From Cyanidioschyzon merolae (taxonomy: Eukaryota): DNA of 64,000 nucleotides. The DNA is taken from the NCBI GenBank assembly GCA_000091205.1, contig AP006496.2, one strand, 5' to 3'. Positions 9,990-20,617 of this stretch are shown here, one piece after another. The notes beneath the pieces were generated by a model. That model saw only the letters and a list, made by a program, of their open reading frames with translations, did no database searches and was not told the origin of the DNA. Both the position numbers and the translations under genes were made by a program. Position 1 is the first letter of the stretch, and each line of letters opens with the position of its first letter.

Positions 9990-11137
9990 AAATGGAACGC
10001 TGAACTTGTCGATCTGTTCCTGCGTATCGATTGGGTTTTCCGAACGATTTACCAGAGACAGAGCTTCGAGATTCGCAGTGCAGCAATACGGGATTACGGA
10101 TTCATAGATAATTTCAGGAGTTTCCATCGTCTTGTCGCGGAAATTCAGGATGCCAAGGATATCGGGGTGATTCGCAACACACTCGAACAAAGGCACCTCA
10201 AATAGATGATCGTATCTTCCAGTGCATACGCACGAGGCTCCGCTCTCCTCCAATCCCTGCGGTACCAGCATGCTCTAATCAGGTATGCTTCGGGTTTTCG
10301 ATTTCTGTGGTCCAAGGCAACTCGCGGACGCGACAATGCGCGCTGTTGAATGGACGAGGAAGACAACTCGGCGTCGTCGTTTGAAGAGTTGTTGCATGGA
10401 GAAGGGTCCTGGATGCTGACTTGAGGCATCGCAGCGATCGACTCGAATGGAGTGTCGAAGGAGCAACCCATATCGACCGGATTTCCATACTGGATTTCCG
10501 TCTCGGTTCTTGGTTGTGCATGGAGAACATTGCGTTCAGCAAATCCTCTATTGATCGGAAGGGCGTGCGCTTGCTTGTGAAGCGAACAGCGTACCCGCCT
10601 ATGCGACTGCCCAGAGGAGGCTCGTATCGGAAGTGTGCGGCACTCGGCATTGAGACTGAGGCAGATATCATGGGGCGCCCTCTCTACCAGTCCGGGGCAC
10701 GTACCGGGCGAAGAAGCGAGCGGTGACGCACCCCAGGGCGGCGCTCGGAGGCGGAGGCGGCACGGGAGGCCCACGGGAATACCCTGCGGTAGCCGAACGA
10801 TACCCCGACGAATTCGCTCCCCGGATTCATACAAAGCAAAGGCACGTAGTAAGGGAAACATGTATCGATTGTGACGCCAATGCATACACTGCATGAAGAA
10901 CTGCTGCAGGCGGCGACCTTGCGACTCGAACGCTGCCATCAAAGTCCTTCGACTGCTGCAAACGTAGCCAGTTCGAAAGGAACGACCGAGTTGTTCACAG
11001 CCGGCGCTCAGAGAGAGTCTAAAGGAAGCGGTTGCCGAGAAATCCCGCATATATCGGTGTTGATCACAGTCGAAAGAAGCCAAACCAGTAGCGTATACGC
11101 CCGAGTTGTCAAACTGGACCCATTCCATCTCAGTCTG
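9990..11137. repeat. Inverted repeat copy A (~1148 bp), partner at 21790-22937
   Basis: All ORF-track peptides in this interval reappear on the opposite strand in 21790-22937. Examples: 10635..10874(+) 79 aa is identical to 22053..22292(-); 10145..11152(-) matches 21799..22782(+) with 3 substitutions. Position mapping is posA+posB=32927. The interval is AT-richer than flanking genes. Confidence 0.9.
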
Positions 11138-11443
11138 GTATGGCTCCATCATAACCCTGGACCCCCGGGTGTGCGTGTGCTATCAATAACCATCGGGAGA
11201 CCGCAGTTCCATTTTAGACGTCGCCAGGTGCTGCTCATCCTGGAACCGTGTTCAGCTCAATACCAGCGAGCAAGTCGATGGAGCGATCGCCCTTGGCGTA
11301 CGTTTTCGCTGGCGAGGGCGTTGCAGATGCGCCTCTCGCTGGCCAGCCTGCGGAGATGCAACATTTTTGTAATCGTAGTAGGTAGCGGGTCTGGGAAGTG
11401 GTACCAGGACGGCTCGTTTCTCTTGACTAGACGCGCATGGCTC

Positions 11444-13714
11444 ATGACGACGTACTTCGATCGGCTGCTGGCGTCGCTTTCTTCAGCGCTCGAGATTAAT
11501 GCAGCGACGCTGAGCGGTGCTGCGGATATCATCGTCATCCAACAGCCCGACGGACGCCTGGTGTCGACTCCGTTTCACGTCCGTTTCGGTAAACTGCAGT
11601 TACTTAAAAGTCGCGAGAAGGTCGTGGAGATTGAAGTTAGTCCGCTTGATGAAGTTGAAGCGGTAGCGGTAGCAAAGCAGCTGGAGCGCTCCTCCACGGC
11701 GAGCACCGGGCCACCGCCACCCCAGAGCCTAGAAACATCACGGGGCACGTACAGGGCACCGCTTACCATGCTGCTTGGCTCAGCTGGTGAGGCTTTTTTT
11801 GTAGAAGAGACATCTTCGGAGTCTACCGTCGAACTCGAGGGACAAACCCCCGGCGAGGCAATATGGGTGGAACGCGCCCCCAGTGAGCCACCTTCACCCT
11901 GCAGCGAAACCTTCCGCGACTGGCGCTCAGCAGCTGAGCCCAGTGCCGCGTCAAGCTGCCGAGAAGAGTCCCAGAGCGCCTTTAGCGATAGCGAGCAGCC
12001 CACTGGAGCCGAACGCCTCCAGCTGCCTCCGTCGGACTCCGCAGACCTGAGGGCATCCTCGCAACCAGAGTCGCGATGGAGCAGCCGCTTCGGCAGTATG
12101 CTACGAAGGCAACGTCAAACGGGGGCGGAAACACGCTCCTCATCGAGCACTCCGACAGATGTCATAACTTTGGGGATAGAGTCGCTGACGTCATCGCCAC
12201 CGGCCGCTGCACAGCAACAAGCTGAACTGCTGGCATCGCGGGCTTCATCGCGATCCTCACTAGAGGGCGAGAGGTCTCCCGCAGCTGGCGTGGAGTCGCT
12301 TGTCTTTGAAATGGATGACAGTGGCCAAGCGATGACTGAGTCCAGTGTACCGGAAGTTGCAGCCGCTACCGCACCCGCACCCGCAGCATTCACGAGCGCC
12401 ACGGATGTGCATGCTGTCGGCAAGCCCCCCGTTGCCTTGTCGCTATGTGGGCACTTGATCACACCCCAAATGACCCCTGTACAAGTACATGAGGTATTCG
12501 AAGCAAACCGCATATCCCTTGATTACTTTCGGGGTCATGTTACCATTCTCAATCATCCAGATATTCTGGTACGCATTCATGACCAAATCTACCCGCTACG
12601 AGTCGCAACACCGTTGCTGTACGGCATGTTGGCCTTTAACACGGTGCTTGATCCCCATGCGGTCGATCGACAAACAACAGCACCAAAAGCGCGACCGCCG
12701 AGAGCGCGTTTTACCTGGTTCGGGCTTCGAAGCAGTCAACTAGAGGACTCTAGTACCGATTTGTTGCAGCTGGGTGAGCCACTCACGGAAGCGGAAACTG
12801 AACTCAAGCCACCGATGGAAACAAGCACGACCAGCACCGCCGAAGCGAAGCAACATCTGCTGCCGCTGCACCGACCGCGATACATGCGCAAGTCGTTGTA
12901 TCCGAGTTCTGCGCAGTTGGCGCAACTCGGCCTGCGACCCGGAACTAATCTGATCACGTTCACAGTGCAGAGTCGATTACAAGGAGTTCAACGAGTTTGT
13001 AGTCGAATCTATTTGTGGCCCCATGATGTGCGTCTATGCATCAGCGACGTCGACGGTACCATTACACGTAGCGATGTGCTTGGACAAATTCTCCCGCGTG
13101 TCGGCAAGGACTGGAGTCATCAGGGCGTCGCCAGTTTGTATCGAGCCATCGCTCGGAACGGGTACAAGTTTCTCTATTTAACATCGCGTGCGATAGGACA
13201 GGCGTCGGCTACTCGAAGCTACTTGACAACGCTGCAGCAAGAGGGGGGTCTTGGTCTTCCCGACGGGCCGCTCCTGCTCTCCCCGGATCGGGTGATCGAG
13301 TCTTTCACGCGCGAAGTGCTTCGACGGCGTCCGCAAGACTTTAAGATTGCAGCATTGGAGCAGGTCCGTCGACTCTTTCCACCGGGCAACTACAATCCGT
13401 TTTTCGCGGGTTTCGGGAACCGCGACTCTGACCGCATCGCCTATGCGGCCGTTGGGGTGCCACCAGAGCGCGTCTTTATTGTGAACGCTCGCGGCGAGCT
13501 GCAGGTGGGTAACCACGTATACAGTGCGCTCTCGTCGTTCAACGCGCTGCAGAAACTCGTTGACTCCATCTTTCCCGACATTTCCACCGTTTCTGGGCAG
13601 CAGAAAGTAATGGAAGTTCACGAAGCGCATGCCTTTAATGATTATCAGTATTGGAAGCGACCCTATTCACCGACGGGAAGTAGCAGCGACGCTGTATCGC
13701 GTTTCTTTTCGTAG
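11444..13714 (+). CDS. LPIN: Lipin / Pah1 Mg2+-dependent phosphatidate phosphatase (N-LIP and C-LIP/LNS2 domains)
   Basis: Track ORF 10871..13714 (GTG start) is 947 aa, but lipin homology begins exactly at the ATG at 11444: [65 protein letters not shown] vs human lipin-1 MNYVGQLAGQVF...[45 protein letters not shown]. The C-LIP domain carries the catalytic DxDxT motif: [45 protein letters not shown]...[13 protein letters not shown]...GPLLLSP...FGNRDSD. Confidence 0.93.
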   Translation: [756 protein letters not shown]

Positions 13715-14086
13715 ATGGGTGGATGTTTTCCTGCCTGCGGACTGTACTTGGACGCTTCTGGGTCGATGCGCGGCTGCACGCTGAGCACGAAGCTATCGAA
13801 TAACCGCAGTACGGGCTGCCTGATCACTGCGATACTTGAATGGGCTCGTTGTCGTCCAGAGACGGTTGAGAGGCGCCACCAAGGTTGGTTGGTTGGTTGG
13901 TTCAGTGTCTGGGCACACACTGGCCACAAGCGTGGCGCTGCGCAACGCAGGAATCTTGCACTGGTCGATGTATCCCCGAGGCAAGTTCTCGACGCAATGC
14001 TGCAACTGTTTGAGAACGCAGATAGCCACGGGTTGAGCATTGCTACCCATCAGTACGCCCTCGTTCGTAGCAAATCCCAAGCGGGT

Positions 14087-15340
14087 TCAAGCATCGGACT
14101 GATCACTGTGATGCTTGGTTCGCTCCTCCCAGGACGTTGCCGGGAGGTTGCTCCAGAATGCTGCCGGTCTCTGGACAAAATATCGCGGTGCTCGACGATG
14201 GGCACGCTGACGCCTATTCTCGCGTAGCAGTGTAAAGTACGGCAGACAGCACAGGAGAAAGGCAGCCGCGTTGGACACCAGCAGCATGACCAGGTCGGTC
14301 CACCAGAGCACGTTACTGCAGCAGGGCAGCTTCGACGCGACCGCCGCTGCACTGCAGGTGCAGTCGGGACCACAACGACCAAAAGGCGTTTTGCCCGACA
14401 CGGCATTCACAATGAAAATAGCCTCAGTGATGATGAGTGAAAGGAAATACGACAACAATACCGCGGCGCCGATGATGCCGGCGAGGCCGGTCGCCTCCAC
14501 TGGTCGCTTTGCGATTCTTGTGAAAGCAACAAGAATGAGCCCGTAGCCGCCCACCGAGAGCCATAGAACTGCGGTGGTGTAGAGGGTCACCCCCATGGAT
14601 ACCGAGCACGGAGTCGCGTGACGATAACGATCCGCAGAAATGATAATAATGACGACAAAGGGCCAGACAAAGAGGGCCAATGCCAACATGGTGACCCCAA
14701 AGGCGAACAGCAGCAGACGCTTCAGGTTTTCGCGACTGGAGAGATGGCGCTGGTGAAAGCGACCCAGCATGTCGCCAACGTTGCGGCCCAGGCGACCGGG
14801 CTTGAGATTCCCCGCAAAATGTCGCCAGGAAAAATCCTGCAAGATGAGTTGACTTCCGCGCCAACGTACCGGCTTGGCGGCAACCTGACTCGAGTCCATG
14901 TTCGAACGTTGCATCTCTGCAATCTGCTGAGCGTACCAGTCGGAGGTGAAGAGCTGACCACCGCTCGGAGACGTTCCGGTTTCGGGCACGGAGGTGCCGC
15001 TTCTGTCTTCGTCCAACGTTTCTGGGCGCTGTAATGAGTGCAGACTGAACCCGCTACGCTCTTGTTTCGCAGTCGCTGTGTAGAGACGCTCGGCATATTG
15101 ATAGAGGGCAAGCGTTTCTGGCTCGGCCTCTTTCTGGAGCCAAGTATTATACAGATGCTTTCTGCGGAAAGTACTGGGGTCTGTTTCGTACGAACCAGAT
15201 GGAAGGGTTAATGTGGGCGGATCTCCAGCGATACTGGAGATGTCCGGGCCTGTCGCTTGCGCATCCGCTGACCCCAGCGCTGCCTGCAGCTCCACGAGGG
15301 ACGGAACGCGTCTAGGCGCCCGCTGTTTCGCCGCATCCAT
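14087..15340 (-). CDS. Predicted 4-TM membrane protein with Cys-rich loop (unassigned family)
   Basis: 417-aa ORF; the ATG at 15338-15340 was verified. It has a ~190-aa hydrophilic N-terminal region and four hydrophobic helices: LLLFAFGVTMLALALFVWPFVVIIII, VTLYTTAVLWLSVGGYGLILVAF, LAGIIGAAVLLSYFLSLIITEAIFIV and LWWTDLVMLLVSNAAAFLLCCLPYF. A Cys-rich loop CGPDCTCS...CCS lies between TM3 and TM4. Confidence 0.4.
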   Translation of the reverse strand: MDAAKQRAPRRVPSLVELQAALGSADAQATGPDISSIAGDPPTLTLPSGSYETDPSTFRRKHLYNTWLQKEAEPETLALYQYAERLYTATAKQERSGFSLHSLQRPETLDEDRSGTSVPETGTSPSGGQLFTSDWYAQQIAEMQRSNMDSSQVAAKPVRWRGSQLILQDFSWRHFAGNLKPGRLGRNVGDMLGRFHQRHLSSRENLKRLLLFAFGVTMLALALFVWPFVVIIIISADRYRHATPCSVSMGVTLYTTAVLWLSVGGYGLILVAFTRIAKRPVEATGLAGIIGAAVLLSYFLSLIITEAIFIVNAVSGKTPFGRCGPDCTCSAAAVASKLPCCSNVLWWTDLVMLLVSNAAAFLLCCLPYFTLLRENRRQRAHRRAPRYFVQRPAAFWSNLPATSWEERTKHHSDQSDA

Positions 15341-16387
15341 GGGTGCTTTCAGAGCGAGCCTGCCACTGTCCAGGGCGAGTTCCGTTCATCGTCGTGCTCC
15401 CGCGCGGGAACAGTGACCACCAGCACCGGAGAACGGCGTTGGATTTCGCACCAGTTGCCACAGGTACAGAGGACGTCGCTAGGCGTGAAGTCGCAGTGTG
15501 CGGATTCAGCAGGTGCTGGGGCAAGAGAGCCAATCAGGGCGGGATGGAAACCCCAAACGACAGAGGCCTCCTCGTCGACTCGGCAGATTCGTGACGCACT
15601 GAGCGCCGTGTACGATGCAGCGCCTCTAATCAATACTAGGTCGCTATTCGGTAAGTCAGGTGTAAATATCACCGCTGTTGGAAGCGAGTTCGGCGTTTTC
15701 GCGGAAGCGCCAGGTACTGCACGTAGCTTCCGCGGTGGCTCCTCGTTCAGACCAGTCCCGGGTCACCTGTTGGTGTATCGCTATTCAAAAACACAGGTAT
15801 GCGGCCAGGCTGGCAGTTTGCTCCGAACAACCAGCGTCGCGGTTGAGGGCGTCAGCCACGCTCTCTTCGTGGTGCGTTGCGGCTTCGCGACTGTGGTCTT
15901 CTTGACCAGTTTCCAAGCCCTGGCAGGAGTTGCGACCCTTGTGTACAATACAAATACAGACCAAGCTGACGCCCGAGACCGGTCCAAGGACCCCGTGTGT
16001 GCTTCCCAGGCTCCGGGTGTGTAGGCGCACTATAAGTGCGTCTAGCTAGCCTTGCCTGGGTACGAGCGTGTGTAGCCAGACCTCAGACCAGAGACCTCGG
16101 TGCCTCAGGGGACGCTTCCGTGCTCCAATAACCCCGAGCGGTGTCTTTTCTCAGAAACAGAGGCAGCTTTCAGACTCCGTAACCCAGTCCAGGCTTACGA
16201 GCTGCAGCCCGAATGGCAATGCGAAGTCGAGTAGCACACCGTTGGCGGTTTGATGCCCGGTGCTGGCGCCCGCCGGTCGAGAAACAGCACGGTGCCCGGG
16301 ATTGGCGTCGGAAGCCCAGTTGCTGTTGTTGTTGGGGTTGCGGGTGCACTGGGGTAGCGCCTGGTGCACAGATAACTGCTCGTTGCC

Positions 16388-17875
16388 ATGGAGGCTGTCA
16401 CCGGTTCTGATCCGTCCGATCCTCTAGTTGCAGACGTCCTGGGCTGTGGTCAGCTGGACCTCACTCGAGGGCTCATGCAACGGGCGTCTTCGGGGCCGCG
16501 TTTGCGACCTGGAGGGCGATTCCGTCAACACGCTGCCGCTCTGGAGGCGCTAACGAGGCTGCGGCAGGATCTAGAAGCTGAGGGTCCAGAGTCGAGTGCG
16601 ACTCAAGGGCAAAATACCGGTGTCAAATGGGACGTTCGCCACCCAGCGTTTGATCCTCGAAGCTATCTGTTCGAGGTTCACGTGGACACGTCCTATCAGG
16701 AGCTGGAACGCGGACTAGAGGAGTTAGCGCAGCGGAGGCAGCGTCTGGAGAAAGCGTACCTGCAAGCGGCAGTGCACTCACTTCCTGCGTACCTGACGAC
16801 AATATTCACGCTACTCCCGGAACTGGAACCGTCCGGTTCAACCTCAGGGCGAACGCATCCACTTGAGCAATTAGAGTCAACTTTTCGAGGGGCGTGCGCG
16901 CAGCTCAGAGATTTGTTCGAAACCTACCACAACATTGGGGTTTCGTTGAGCGCTTGGCAGTATACCTCTGTGCGGATGCGTATCGATCCCGAGATCGGAA
17001 TGATGTACAGACGGTTTCTGACTGCGCTGTTCGAGAGCGATGCAGCAGCAGCAGCTGCTGCTGCTGCTGCTGCCGCCGTGAGCTATAATACATTGATAGA
17101 ATTACGAGCTCAGGCACGCAACGGGCTTGCTCAACGTGAAGCGTCCTCGACAGGGACACGCGAGTGGACCGACGTGACTCTCCGCTCGATGGAGTTCCTG
17201 CTTCAGAGGCTGCGTTTCTGCCCGCGATTCCAGAATGGAGCCGCGTCGATTCCGTCCGCTGCTTTCTGGAAGAGCTTCGATGAAACCGTCGAGCAAATCT
17301 GGGCAGAATGCACTGAACCACGCCGCACGGTCGAGACGTTTTATCTCCTGCGTTTGGACGTTGCCAGTGAGACGCTTCGGGAACGTTGTGACGCACATGC
17401 GCTGCGTCTGAAGAGCACCATCTTGCGGAGCGCCTTATCCGCAGTGGAAAACACGAAAGCAGAGGTACCGGCTGCCGAGTGCAAGTTCACATCAGAAATA
17501 CCTTATACGGAGGTTTTCGCGGCGGCAGCCCAACTCGTTCTTGCGTACCTGCGGAAAGAGGTGATTGGAATGAGCCAGTTCGTTGCGAACCTTTTACACT
17601 ACGTGGATGCGGCACGTCAAGCCCTGCTTGGCCCGATTTTGAACGATGCGGAACGCGAAGCGTCGGCTCGACTGGTCCAAGTCCTGCGAGCATTCATCGA
17701 AACCTGCATAGATATATCTAGGGAGGCGATGGACGCAAATCGGTGGAAGCTGCTGGCTCCAGACGCCTTAACGCCAGAGCTATGGGGCTCGGAAGCGCTA
17801 GCAGAGCGTCTGAAGGGTCTTCTGGAGACCAGTCTGCAGGCTTTGGGGCAGATTCCTTCTGGACGAAGCAGTTGA
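16388..17875 (+). CDS. Hypothetical alpha-helical protein; weak resemblance to Vps51/COG8-type tethering-complex N-terminal region
   Basis: 495-aa ORF with a verified ATG start. The N-terminal region WDVRHPAFDPRSYLFEVHVDTSYQELERGLEELAQRRQRLEKAYL weakly resembles the FDP..YL coiled-coil signature of Vps51/Dor1-family subunits. There is an internal poly-Ala tract (A12) encoded by a (GCA/GCT)n microsatellite near 17041-17080. Family assignment is low confidence. Confidence 0.4.
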   Translation: MEAVTGSDPSDPLVADVLGCGQLDLTRGLMQRASSGPRLRPGGRFRQHAAALEALTRLRQDLEAEGPESSATQGQNTGVKWDVRHPAFDPRSYLFEVHVDTSYQELERGLEELAQRRQRLEKAYLQAAVHSLPAYLTTIFTLLPELEPSGSTSGRTHPLEQLESTFRGACAQLRDLFETYHNIGVSLSAWQYTSVRMRIDPEIGMMYRRFLTALFESDAAAAAAAAAAAAVSYNTLIELRAQARNGLAQREASSTGTREWTDVTLRSMEFLLQRLRFCPRFQNGAASIPSAAFWKSFDETVEQIWAECTEPRRTVETFYLLRLDVASETLRERCDAHALRLKSTILRSALSAVENTKAEVPAAECKFTSEIPYTEVFAAAAQLVLAYLRKEVIGMSQFVANLLHYVDAARQALLGPILNDAEREASARLVQVLRAFIETCIDISREAMDANRWKLLAPDALTPELWGSEALAERLKGLLETSLQALGQIPSGRSS

Positions 17876-18580
17876 AATAGCGCAGAGGCACGGAGCAGCG
17901 TTCTCATCAAAGCACTCGAAAATTCATGGATATCTGCATCGCATCGTTGCGGACATGGCGAAAGCGTCTCTGGAGGAGGCACCGCGGCGCTGCGACACAG
18001 CTTCACTACGCCTAACTCAAGCTGATCAAGTGCCCAGTGCGCCATACTCGTTCCAAGAAAAGTCACTGACCGATCGCTCTCGACCTGCGTCACACATGTT
18101 GTTACCCGCTTTTCGACGAAGCGTACTGAGCAGAAGATTGAAGTGCGCTGCGAAAGAGACAGGCGAAAGAAAGCGACTTTTGTGACAAACAGGTCATTGT
18201 GTTGTGCGCCACACGCCAGTAGAAAGATAAAATTGGCACCTTTGCATGCGGATGTGGAAGGGTGCCACTGCCTTACCGACTGGAAAAGTTTGCGGGTGCC
18301 TCAAGTCGCTCATACGGGTCGGGGTGTTTCGGAACCACAGCAGTCCCCGGGTACGATCCTTGAACCCGGGGCTCGATGCTGGTGCTCGTGCAACCCGCAG
18401 TGCGTCTTGGCGAGCGGCCTCTGGGATCGTCGGGGTCTGCGCACCTCTCTATCGCAAGATTTTATCGACGACGGGGATTCGTAAAAGCCTGTATTGAAAG
18501 TATGGAAAGCAAGGGGGGAACACAAGCAGCACGGCAGCGGGCGCGCCCGTGATCCAGTACTGGGCATCCGCCCGTTTTCG

Positions 18581-20617
18581 CTAGTCCGATGACAAGGAGC
18601 CCGCGAGCCGCTGAACGATGCATATATTCGCATCTGGCGGCAAACGATGCCCAGTCGAGTCGAGACGGTCCTCCCAGTGATGACCATCAGCATCGGTGTG
18701 GTACCGAACATGCCAGGTCTCGCCGGCGGTGTTGCGACCCCATCGACAACCGTGGTACTGCGGATGCTCGGCAGATGAGTCGGCGCGGCGGCTTTCAAAG
18801 TACCACTCGTACCATACTTGGGATTCGTGATTGTGTGGCAAGATTCGTGCATCCACACCGAACTTGTCCCCGAAACGGAATAGGACCTGGGGTTGGTTCT
18901 CGAGGCGGTACTCGCCATGACGCTCGAGCCACCAGTTGCCGTCTGGGTTACGTCGTACGCGGGCATCCTGCCACATGAGCGCTGAGAGCAACGGAAGACT
19001 CTGCATCGGTCCTGTGGGGAACGAGTCCACCGGTTTCGCATTGCACTCGGCAGCGGTACTCGACTGGCAAGGCAGCGCCGCATGGACGCCATCCTGGGCG
19101 CCTTCATGTTCAGAGATCGAAAGCGCACTGAGTGCAGTCATCGCGCCGGCGTATCGATCGGGGTGGCGTGCATGTCCGCAGGCCTCGATTTCCAGCGGAT
19201 GCTCGTTCGCTTCGTGGGAACTACGGGTAGAATGCGCACTAGGAGATCCCGAGGGAAAAGTGGTCCCTATGATTGACGCCAGATGCTCCCAGGGGCAATC
19301 GCTGTTCTCCTTTTCGGGCTCTGCAAGTGAGAAGCCAAGCGCCGATAGGCTTCTGCTGCTGCTGCTGCTGACGTTCTCGAAAACGGGCGCGTATAATTCA
19401 GCTCCAGGCATCGGCAACGAATACTGGATGCTATCATCCCAAGACGCTGGCAGAGATGCGCGTTTGCCCATTGGCCCTTTGCGGGGACCTGACTTCGATT
19501 GCTTCTCGGGTACATCTTGATTCCTTTCGCACAGCACTTGTATTTGTGGTTTGCTTTCCAGGCGCGCTCGGAATGGCGCTTGATTCTTCTCTATCTGCCC
19601 GAAAACTGTAGGGAATGCGAGATTCTCAGTTGTATGGACATTGGCGGATCGATGGTCCATCAGTTCTGAAGCAGGTAACTCGCTGCGGTGCGCTGTGTAT
19701 TCTTCATTCGTCGGTATCGCCGCGTCTTCGGAGTCGTCATTGGAATCCGACAAGGCGACGAAAGTGGCGCTGAGGGATAGATCATGCAGATTCGCATAAT
19801 GGCGACTATGGCGTCGGTACCACAGACGCTCGAGACGGTCGGGATCGTGCAGCTTCCGGCACGCGATTGTCTTGAGTGTCGGCCATGCACGCGCGCTGTA
19901 CAGCCGTACTGGCTTGGGTAGAGGCAGCAGCGGCAGCAGCCAATAGCACGGTTGCACATGCCGTATGACAGAAGCAGCCGATGCAGGGCTTTCAGGGAAC
20001 CTGCCTCTCGCAGGAGTGCGCTTGCGGCAGGAGCGGGCGAAGAGCGCGCTTCGCTCCTCACGCTCTCGGCTGCGTCTGCGCAAGCTGATGAGCACCAGCA
20101 CCCAGACGACCATCCAACCAGCTACATGGAGTGCAACAGGCACTCTTGGGAGCTGGAGCGGCGCGTGCTGCGAATGCCATCGCTCAGAAGCGCTCCACCA
20201 TGGGAGCCAAGAGTCCCGTCGAGCAGCGACCGCTCCCGATGGGAACGCCTCCGAAGCTGGAAAGCTGCTAGGTTCATGCAGGTCCACCGATAGCACGCAC
20301 CCAGACTGCGGCTCTAAAGGCCTGTAGAGTGTGCGGCCTTTCGTTCCTGTTGGAGCATCCCCGATCCCGTAAACAGAGCCCGCTGTATGCTCTTCTATTC
20401 CGGTTGACCCGGATGCCTCGCGCAGTTTCAGAGACTCGCGTTTTGAATGCCGCCTATACGGTGCGCGTGTTTCATGCAGCCGAAAATGGTCTTCGTTCAC
20501 GTTCGTTGGCGCATAGAGCGCAGCGTCGCGACCGTCTCGAGTTGCACGACCTCCGACGCCGTACGGATGCATATCCGGGGCGGTTTCCGACCAGGTTTCG
20601 CGCTGAGATCGCTGCAT
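18581..20617 (-). CDS. Hypothetical single-pass membrane protein with W/H-rich C-terminal domain
   Basis: Track ORF 18581..20707 (708 aa) begins with GTG; the first ATG gives 18581..20617. One strong TM segment, VPVALHVAGWMVVWVLVLISL, is followed by RRRSRERE. The C-terminal region NWWLERHGEYRLENQPQVLFRFGDKFGVDARILPHNHESQVWYEWYFE...WGRNTAGETWHVRYHTDADGHHWEDR has no family I can name. Confidence 0.4.
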   Translation of the reverse strand: MQRSQRETWSETAPDMHPYGVGGRATRDGRDAALYAPTNVNEDHFRLHETRAPYRRHSKRESLKLREASGSTGIEEHTAGSVYGIGDAPTGTKGRTLYRPLEPQSGCVLSVDLHEPSSFPASEAFPSGAVAARRDSWLPWWSASERWHSQHAPLQLPRVPVALHVAGWMVVWVLVLISLRRRSREREERSALFARSCRKRTPARGRFPESPASAASVIRHVQPCYWLLPLLPLPKPVRLYSARAWPTLKTIACRKLHDPDRLERLWYRRHSRHYANLHDLSLSATFVALSDSNDDSEDAAIPTNEEYTAHRSELPASELMDHRSANVHTTENLAFPTVFGQIEKNQAPFRARLESKPQIQVLCERNQDVPEKQSKSGPRKGPMGKRASLPASWDDSIQYSLPMPGAELYAPVFENVSSSSSRSLSALGFSLAEPEKENSDCPWEHLASIIGTTFPSGSPSAHSTRSSHEANEHPLEIEACGHARHPDRYAGAMTALSALSISEHEGAQDGVHAALPCQSSTAAECNAKPVDSFPTGPMQSLPLLSALMWQDARVRRNPDGNWWLERHGEYRLENQPQVLFRFGDKFGVDARILPHNHESQVWYEWYFESRRADSSAEHPQYHGCRWGRNTAGETWHVRYHTDADGHHWEDRLDSTGHRLPPDANICIVQRLAGSLSSD

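Noticed and set aside
10145-11152. 335-aa ORF inside the inverted repeat (mirror at 21799..22782) as a real duplicated gene
   Set aside because: It is Arg/Cys/Ser-rich with no recognisable domain. Both strands across the element are open in several frames. Between-copy substitutions are too few to test for purifying selection. Kept only as part of the repeat annotation.
18310-19128. 272-aa minus-strand ORF overlapping the 708-aa gene in a different frame
   Set aside because: It is in the same region and on the same strand as the longer ORF, has Arg/Ser/Pro-rich composition and no start context support. Probably spurious.
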